A stretch of DNA of 64,000 nucleotides from Chloroflexota bacterium. GTDB lineage: Bacteria > Chloroflexota > Dehalococcoidia > UBA2979. The translations under genes and the position numbers were made by a program. The notes under the pieces were generated by a model, which saw only the letters and a program-made list of their open reading frames with translations, made no database searches and was not told where the DNA came from. The first letter of the stretch is position 1. Each line of letters opens with the position of its first letter. Of the stretch, positions 58,070-64,000 are shown in pieces. The DNA lies in NCBI GenBank assembly GCA_003228125.1, contig QGNP01000006.1, positions 677 through 64,676 of the forward strand, in the 5' to 3' direction.

Positions 58070-59152
58070 TTATTCTTCAATGTTAAAACCTTCTATAAAA
58101 GTTTTTAATGCTTCAATGCCTGTTCCGTAACCCATTCCTTCAATCAATGAACCTACCTTCTTTTTTGTGATAACCCCAATAATAGTGCCACAATTGTCGA
58201 AGAGGGGCCCTCCGCTATTGCCAGGATTTAATGCCACATCAGTTTGAATTGTTTGAATTTGATTATCAGTGAAAATTCTTGATAAAGAACCCTTAGTTAT
58301 AGAGCCTTCTGTATCTACGGATGTTGGAAAACCTGCAGCTCCAATAGTTGTTCCAGGAATATTTTTATCTAAATTATTAGCGAGTAATAATTTTTTATCA
58401 ATATTCTTTATAGATTGAATTAATGCAAGATCGGCTTTTTCCCATACCTTTACAACATTAGAACCAATTATACTGCCATCTTGATATTGCACTATAATGC
58501 CACTTGCACCTTTTACAACATGTTCTGCGGAGACAATGTAACCATTACCAATATGAAATCCCGTACCTATGTTAGTACCATTTGTTATTTTAACAATTCC
58601 ATTTAAAATGTTTTGCGCAGAAGAAGCAAAGTCACATTTTAATGTGTTGCTTTTAGATACTGCATTTAATATTTTTTGTGCCTCTTGGCCACTTACTGCT
58701 GCAGAAGTTGCATTTTCAACAGCAATCTTTGAAGCAGCTGTTACTCTTTCTTCTGCATCTTTTACAAGTTCATTTTTGTTTGAAACTTCATCTGAAATTT
58801 GCTTTATCTCAGCTATTGATTTATTAATTAATTTAATTTTTTCTTCTAAGTCATTAATATTTTTTCCAGTAGATTCATTTAATGATTTTGATTCTATTAC
58901 TATCTTACTGGCTTCAAATGCGCTATTTTTTGCTGTCAATGCAGATTCAAGGGCATTGCTTGTTGATAGCACGACCTCGTCTAATTTTGTTTCTAATATT
59001 TGATCAATATCTTTAATAATTTTCGCATATTCAATTCTTAGTAGTTCTTCTTTAGAGAGTTCATCTGAATTATTAAAATAACTACATGATATTAGTAGTA
59101 TTGAGGATGCTAAAAAACTTAATAGAATTTTTTTCATGTATTTCCAAATCAC
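58070..59152 (-). CDS. trypsin-like serine protease lipoprotein (S1 family, no PDZ) with N-terminal coiled coil
   Basis: Lipobox LLISC, a helical region of roughly 140 aa, then His (VSAEHVV), Asp (DLALIQ) and Ser (GNSGGPLF) triad motifs. Confidence 0.8.
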   Translation of the reverse strand: MIWKYMKKILLSFLASSILLISCSYFNNSDELSKEELLRIEYAKIIKDIDQILETKLDEVVLSTSNALESALTAKNSAFEASKIVIESKSLNESTGKNINDLEEKIKLINKSIAEIKQISDEVSNKNELVKDAEERVTAASKIAVENATSAAVSGQEAQKILNAVSKSNTLKCDFASSAQNILNGIVKITNGTNIGTGFHIGNGYIVSAEHVVKGASGIIVQYQDGSIIGSNVVKVWEKADLALIQSIKNIDKKLLLANNLDKNIPGTTIGAAGFPTSVDTEGSITKGSLSRIFTDNQIQTIQTDVALNPGNSGGPLFDNCGTIIGVITKKKVGSLIEGMGYGTGIEALKTFIEGFNIEE

Positions 59153-59297
59153 TTCTTAAATTTTAGTAAGCATTAAGATTAAAGTATTTCTTTATTATTA
59201 ATTTGTTAAATAATTAAATTTTTGTTAAATATTTCATAAATTAAAAAAAAAATTACTTAAATATATAAAAAAAGTTTATTATTATACATAATTACAA

Positions 59298-60485
59298 ATG
59301 ACAAAAAAAACAAAACTCATAAGTTTTTCACCTTCAACAATTTCTAAATATATTGATTGTAATGCATCCTCTTGGTACAGCTTCCATGAGGATGAAAAAG
59401 GCGAGTTATTTGTTGACAAATTCTATGCTGATATTGGAAATGCTATACATGAGTCTTTATTGGAATTGCAAAAATATGCAAAAAAGAAGTTTTATATTGG
59501 CGATGATATAGATTATGTATTTTTTATAAATTTTTTTTATACTCAGTTAGACTTGCAACTAGAAACCTTTAGTCTATCAATGAAAAATACTGATGTTGAG
59601 GAAAGAATTGTTTCTATTAGATCTGGCATTGAACAATGCGTAAAATTAATTTTGACTGATATAAAATTTTGGGCCGTCGATCCAACTTCTAAAGAGATTC
59701 TTGTTTGGGAGGAACAATGGCTGGATCATAATGATAAAAAAGAAGGTGTGTATCTTGATGATTCTATAAGAAGTAAGACGCGAGCGGATGTTATTGGAAT
59801 TTATAATGATAAAAATGATAATAAACCTTATGTGTTAGTACGTGATTATAAGACTGGTAAAAGCATTACGGATCCTAGAACTGATCCCGGATTATTAATG
59901 AGGGGCATTTGGTCACTAATAGAATTAAATAACCCTTTAGCCAATTGGTTTGTAATAAATCGTGATCTTGACATTAATGATAGTTATGTCATTCTTGAAG
60001 CAGTTAATCTAGGTGCAAAAAAATCATCTGATTTTTCAATCCGATCTATTTTATATTATAAAGATTTGCCAGCAATTGTAGGTTCTTTTTCTAATGTAAT
60101 TAATAAAATAGAATTTGTTAAGCAATCTGTTGATCAAGAAATAGATGCGCCAGCATCACCCGGCGGCTTGTGCAAAGACTATTGCCCCTATTTACATAGA
60201 TGCAATTTTGGAAAACAACATGTTGCATTAAGATTCGGCATTGAAAGTTTAGAAAATAGGATTCATTCAAATCAAAAGGCATTTACTGACTATGTCAGTA
60301 ATAGGAATCTATTATTAGAACAGCTAACATTTATCTCAATGCAACAGTGTCCAAATTGTCAAAGTGAATTACATGAAGTGCCATCGCCTAAAAAAAATAT
60401 TTATATTAAAAAACTATTACAATGTTCCCAATTCCCTAATTGTAAATTTCAAATTCCCACTCTTCTAAAAAAGAAAAAAAATTGA
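59298..60485 (+). CDS. PD-(D/E)XK (Cas4/RecB-like) nuclease fused to a C-terminal topoisomerase-type C4 zinc ribbon
   Basis: N-terminal SPSTISKYIDC, then GNAIHE, ADVIG and VRDYKTGK (D...DxK). A C-x3-C-x5-C cluster (CKDYCPYLHRC) follows. The C-terminus is CPNCQSEL...LQCSQFPNCKF. Confidence 0.7.
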   Translation: MTKKTKLISFSPSTISKYIDCNASSWYSFHEDEKGELFVDKFYADIGNAIHESLLELQKYAKKKFYIGDDIDYVFFINFFYTQLDLQLETFSLSMKNTDVEERIVSIRSGIEQCVKLILTDIKFWAVDPTSKEILVWEEQWLDHNDKKEGVYLDDSIRSKTRADVIGIYNDKNDNKPYVLVRDYKTGKSITDPRTDPGLLMRGIWSLIELNNPLANWFVINRDLDINDSYVILEAVNLGAKKSSDFSIRSILYYKDLPAIVGSFSNVINKIEFVKQSVDQEIDAPASPGGLCKDYCPYLHRCNFGKQHVALRFGIESLENRIHSNQKAFTDYVSNRNLLLEQLTFISMQQCPNCQSELHEVPSPKKNIYIKKLLQCSQFPNCKFQIPTLLKKKKN

Positions 60486-60573
60486 CATATATTTTTTGTA
60501 TATTAAGTTGTTTTTTTGCTTTTCAAGAATTAACGTTAAGTATTGTTGTTAAATATTTTGAAAGGAATACATA

Positions 60574-61059
60574 ATGGCTGATGGTGATGGTCCAAGATCA
60601 AACGGACCTAAAGTTGTAGAAAGAATTGGTACTTGTGCTGAGATAATTGATAAATTACGTGATAAGATTTTGGCTAATCCTGATGCTGCTCTTCCTGATG
60701 GTGATTGGAAAGTGCGTGATGCGTTAAGTCATTTGGCTGCAAGAGCTAATCCTATTCCAACTTTACATAAAAGAATTAGTGAGATGAATTCTGATTCAGA
60801 GCCTTTAAGCACTGATGAGGCTAATCACCTTCAAGTAGAAGATCGTTCAGGAGCTTCTATTGAAGAATTAATTAAAGAATGTGAAGAAGGTTTTGCAGCT
60901 GCGCAAGCGGATATTCCAAATATATCTGATGAAGACTTGCTGCAAAAAGTAAAATTTGGTGATGGAGAAATGCATGCTGTTGATATCATGTATTTTGGCG
61001 GACCAAGACATTTCATGGATCATTTAAATGATATTGAAAAAGCTTTAGAAGAAAAATAA
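60574..61059 (+). CDS. DinB-like four-helix-bundle protein (hypothetical)
   Basis: WKVRDALSHLAAR and RHFMDHLNDI resemble the His-containing helices of the DinB superfamily. Support is weak. Confidence 0.4.
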   Translation: MADGDGPRSNGPKVVERIGTCAEIIDKLRDKILANPDAALPDGDWKVRDALSHLAARANPIPTLHKRISEMNSDSEPLSTDEANHLQVEDRSGASIEELIKECEEGFAAAQADIPNISDEDLLQKVKFGDGEMHAVDIMYFGGPRHFMDHLNDIEKALEEK

Positions 61060-61060
61060 G

Positions 61061-62443
61061 TTATTTTTTATTTATTTTTGCAACGAGCTCTCTTAATGGG
61101 GGCTCGTAAGCTTCACTGTATGTAGGAAATGGGTGTATAACTTCTGCAAATTTTGTTATTGGTATTTGAGATTGCATTGCAAAAACTGCTTCACCAATAA
61201 TTTCTCCTGCATTGGGACCGATAATTGATGCTCCAATTAATTTATTATTCTCTATATCTCCTAATAATTTTAATAAACCAGGACCATTTCTTGTTGCAAA
61301 ACCTCTTGAGGTATCACTAAATGGGTGAGAAGCAACTTCATATTTTATTCCTGCTATTTTAGCATTTTCTTCAGAAAATCCTACAGAAGCTACTTCAGGA
61401 TCTGTATATACTCCACGAGGAATTGCAGAATGATCTGCAATTATTTTTTTACCTAATAAGTTGCTCGTTATGATTCTCCCATGATAATTTGCAGTATGTG
61501 TGTAAGGAGCAATCCCAGTGATATCTCCTCCTGCCCATACATTTTGAGTACCTTTAACTTTAAGATATTCATCAACTGGTAATGGTTTACTTGAATTAAT
61601 TTCTAAGTTTAGATTTGCTATATTAATGTTATCTAAATTATTTTTTTTACCTGCTGCAATTAATAATTTACTACCATGAATTTCTTTATTTTCAAGAGAT
61701 ACAATAATATTTTCTTTTTGTGTTATTTCATTAATTTTTATATTTGTATGTATATTAATTCCTTCTTCAGAAAGAATTTTTTGTAATTCTAATGATATTT
61801 CACTGTCTTCAGTCGGTAAAATATTCGGGGCTAATTCAAGAATATGAACTTCTGATCCAAAACGATTTGCAATTTGTGCTATTTCTAATCCTACAGGACC
61901 GCCACCGATAATAATTATTGAACTGGGCAAAATGTTAGATGTGTAAAAATTTTCGCTGGTCCAGTAATCTATTTTATCTAACCCTTTAATTGGAGGAATA
62001 TTAAATTCTGTTCCAGTTGCTAGTACCAAATCTTTATACTGAAATTCTTTATCATTCACAGAAACAGTATTAAGACTTGATATGACACCTTTTCCACGAA
62101 TTAATTCAGCACCTGATTTTAATAAACCTTCTGCAGCACCTTTATCATCTAAGTGCTCTGCAACTCGATGACGTATAGAAACAGCAGCAGCATATGCTTC
62201 TAGTTCATTATCAAGTATTAATGCTTTTGAGGCATGTCCATATTGCTTATGTTGCTTAGCGTTATGTCTTATTTCAGCAGAGTGAAGCATTGCTTTTGCT
62301 GGCATGCAGGCAAAATAAGGACATTCTCCACCAACCATCTTTTCTTCAATTATTAAAGATGTTTTACCACCATAAGCGACATTTTCTGCAACCCATTTTC
62401 CTGATGATCCTCCGCCAATAACTATTACATCATATTTTTTAAT
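61061..62443 (-). CDS. pyridine nucleotide-disulfide oxidoreductase (dihydrolipoyl dehydrogenase / mercuric reductase superfamily)
   Basis: The track ORF starts at MVGGECPYFAC. The FAD-binding KKYDVIVIGGGSSG is encoded in-frame upstream, with ATT 62443..62441 as the only SD-supported start. It has a redox-active C-x4-C and a C-terminal dimerisation domain with HPFPTYSE. Confidence 0.8.
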   Translation of the reverse strand: MKKYDVIVIGGGSSGKWVAENVAYGGKTSLIIEEKMVGGECPYFACMPAKAMLHSAEIRHNAKQHKQYGHASKALILDNELEAYAAAVSIRHRVAEHLDDKGAAEGLLKSGAELIRGKGVISSLNTVSVNDKEFQYKDLVLATGTEFNIPPIKGLDKIDYWTSENFYTSNILPSSIIIIGGGPVGLEIAQIANRFGSEVHILELAPNILPTEDSEISLELQKILSEEGINIHTNIKINEITQKENIIVSLENKEIHGSKLLIAAGKKNNLDNINIANLNLEINSSKPLPVDEYLKVKGTQNVWAGGDITGIAPYTHTANYHGRIITSNLLGKKIIADHSAIPRGVYTDPEVASVGFSEENAKIAGIKYEVASHPFSDTSRGFATRNGPGLLKLLGDIENNKLIGASIIGPNAGEIIGEAVFAMQSQIPITKFAEVIHPFPTYSEAYEPPLRELVAKINKK

Positions 62444-62458
62444 TTTCTTATCCTTTAT

Positions 62459-62905
62459 TTAGTTATTAATAGCTGCTAACACGCCAGAATGGTCTCTTGC
62501 ATCAGGTATTCCATTATGTATTTTAAATACTATTTGTCCATTTTCATTAATGACTAAAGTCATTCTTTCAGCAGCAGCAAAGGCTTCATTCCATGCTCCA
62601 TACAGTTTTGCTATCTCTCCTTTTGTATCTGCAAGCAATGAGAAAGGAAAATTTTCCTGTTTTTTAAAAGCTGCATGTGCATGCCTGCTATCTCTGCTTA
62701 TTCCAAATACTATTGCACCCTTATCTATCCATTCATTATAATTATCTCTGACTTCGCATAATTCACCTTGGCATAGGCCAGAGAAATCAAAAGGATAGAA
62801 AATTAATACAATTTTCTTTCCTTTAAAATTTGAAAGTGTGATTTTTTCATTCGCTTCATTTACTGCCGTAAAATCAGGAGCTTGTTTTCCTACTTCAATA
62901 GTCAT
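62459..62905 (-). CDS. peroxiredoxin (AhpE/Bcp-like)
   Basis: VGKQAPDF N-terminus and FYPFDFSGLCQGELC peroxidatic Cys motif; 148 aa. Confidence 0.85.
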   Translation of the reverse strand: MTIEVGKQAPDFTAVNEANEKITLSNFKGKKIVLIFYPFDFSGLCQGELCEVRDNYNEWIDKGAIVFGISRDSRHAHAAFKKQENFPFSLLADTKGEIAKLYGAWNEAFAAAERMTLVINENGQIVFKIHNGIPDARDHSGVLAAINN

Positions 62906-62925
62906 AACTTTTCCTTTCTTAATAT

Positions 62926-63795
62926 TTATTTTAGTTTATATATTTTCTCAGTATTTTGATACATTAATTTTTTTAATGCAACTTCATTAATATTTAAGTC
63001 TTCAATTTCTTTAATTGTTCGATCGAAATCAAGTACAGGAAAATCTGTACCAAAAATTACTTTTTCTTGACCGTAGGTATTTATGTAGTGTACAAATTCT
63101 TTTGGCCAATATTTTGGCGAATGCGCATCGCTTCCTATATAGATATTAGGATGCTTCCATGCCATCGCTATCATTTCATTTGTCCAGGGGATACCTACAT
63201 GTATACCAATTAAGACTAATTCTGGAAAATCGCATGCTACTTCATCTAAGGTAATAGGTTGTCCAACAGAGCGCCGTGGAAAATTGGTGTCATAGAGCAA
63301 TGATTGCCCAACTTGCATTTGAATCGGCACGCCTAGCTCAACGCATTTTGCATAAAATGGATATACTTTTGCATGATTTGGGGGTATTTCAAACCAATGT
63401 GGATAAAAATGGGCTCCAATAAAACCAAGTTCCTTGATGGCCCATTCAAATTTTCTTACTCCTTCCATGCCTTCTGTTGGATCAATGCCAGCAATACCAT
63501 ATAGTTTGCCTGGATATTTTTTTATTGCATCGTGTACTAATTCATATGGAATTCGAACACTAGAAGGATGATGCTCTTGTCCAGCTCGAACCGCATGAAT
63601 AATTGCTTTTTCAATACCAGCATTATCTAGTTTTCCAACTAATTCATCAAGGCTATGACCAGAAACTCTTTCTTTATCAGCCCCAATTTTTTCTACTAGA
63701 AATTTATCACGCCACTCCGGTCGATATGGCTGTGCATCGTGAGTAAACAAGCCACAAACTGCATCAATAATTGGCATATCTTTTACACTGTTCAT
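62926..63795 (-). CDS. amidohydrolase family protein (amidohydrolase_2 / ACMSD-like)
   Basis: 289 aa with a TIM-barrel metal-hydrolase pattern (IDAVCG..., GIHVGIPW, GSDAH, FGTDFP). Confidence 0.75.
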   Translation of the reverse strand: MNSVKDMPIIDAVCGLFTHDAQPYRPEWRDKFLVEKIGADKERVSGHSLDELVGKLDNAGIEKAIIHAVRAGQEHHPSSVRIPYELVHDAIKKYPGKLYGIAGIDPTEGMEGVRKFEWAIKELGFIGAHFYPHWFEIPPNHAKVYPFYAKCVELGVPIQMQVGQSLLYDTNFPRRSVGQPITLDEVACDFPELVLIGIHVGIPWTNEMIAMAWKHPNIYIGSDAHSPKYWPKEFVHYINTYGQEKVIFGTDFPVLDFDRTIKEIEDLNINEVALKKLMYQNTEKIYKLK

Positions 63796-63828
63796 AATTA
63801 CCTCCTGTTTATAAATTATTATGGATTA

Positions 63829-64000
63829 ATAAATTTTGTGATCATTGTTGCCCATTTTTCTGGTTCAATATGAGGAGAAAATTGACCTGATATATTCGAA
63901 GGATTACCAAGTTTATCTTTATATTGAGATGTATCGACAATTATACCAGAACTATTTTTTATTGTGTTCAGATATTTTTGATGTAATGTTTTTAATCTGC
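63829..64000 (-). CDS. hypothetical protein, C-terminal fragment (gene starts beyond window end)
   Basis: The reverse strand is open from 64000 down to TAA 63831..63829 (...GQFSPHIEPEKWATMITKFINP*). I recognised no motif. Confidence 0.3.

Noticed and set aside
1-64000. Scan for CRISPR arrays, rRNA, transposases or IS ends, prophage genes and toxin-antitoxin pairs.
   Set aside because: None found. The only tandem or direct repeats are the 69-bp coding repeat, the 11-bp duplication at 39740-39761 and the short promoter-region repeats reported above.

Overview
The window is strongly AT-rich (judged by eye, not computed) and very tightly packed, with about 70 protein genes and one tRNA. I found no rRNA, CRISPR array, transposase or integrase. 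Most of it is core metabolism and translation, arranged in long co-directional blocks.

(1) 124-15859 (+): an M50 protease followed by an aromatic amino-acid supraoperon. The order is tyrA-aroA-gmk-trpE-G-D-C-F-B-[CPBP protease]-trpA, then AroH-type chorismate mutase, DAHP synthase, scpA, ribF and tyrS.

(2) 15853-21385 (-): fabD, two tandem fabF paralogs, nnr and acpS.

(3) 21473-24852 (+): folD, prfB with its classical +1 frameshift, and a secreted HExxH protease.

(4) 24857-39619 (-): rpsB-tsf-frr-uppS-cdsA-dxr-rseP-ispG-proS, a terminator, then nusA-infB-rbfA-truB, a CDP-alcohol phosphatidyltransferase and a thioredoxin-fold protein.

(5) 40227-46615 (-): sucC-sucD, tRNA-Ser(GCU), then miaB-nrtR-nadA-nadC.

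(6) 46.7-64 kb: a more accessory-looking stretch. It holds a CoA-transferase, a Gfo/Idh/MocA oxidoreductase and a small Gly/Ala-rich membrane protein. Next comes a MacB-type ABC exporter with a 706-aa adaptor, then YceI, panD, an MBL hydrolase, an acyl-CoA dehydrogenase, an SRPBCC protein and a UPF0316 protein. It ends with a coiled-coil lipoprotein serine protease, a Cas4/RecB-like nuclease fused to a topoisomerase-type zinc ribbon, a DinB-like protein, a peroxiredoxin plus flavoprotein disulfide reductase pair, and an amidohydrolase.

The gene content (161-aa Tsf, AroH chorismate mutase, type I-beta DAHP synthase with an N-terminal regulatory domain, single-PDZ RseP) suggests a streamlined Chloroflexota/Dehalococcoidia-like or other monoderm-type marine lineage. 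This is inference only.

I found no clear-cut novel multi-gene system. The observations I consider most worth a second look are:
- Three genes (ribF, nrtR, the flavoprotein reductase) whose conserved N-termini can only be recovered by initiating at ATT or ATC. Each sits exactly 6 nt after a GGAG-type Shine-Dalgarno core.
- rseP split by a frame change at an A_AAT_TTA heptamer.
- The oversized MacA-like adaptor carrying a perfect in-frame 69-bp tandem repeat.
- Several long perfect palindromes in the few large intergenic spacers.
- The orphan nuclease/zinc-ribbon fusion.
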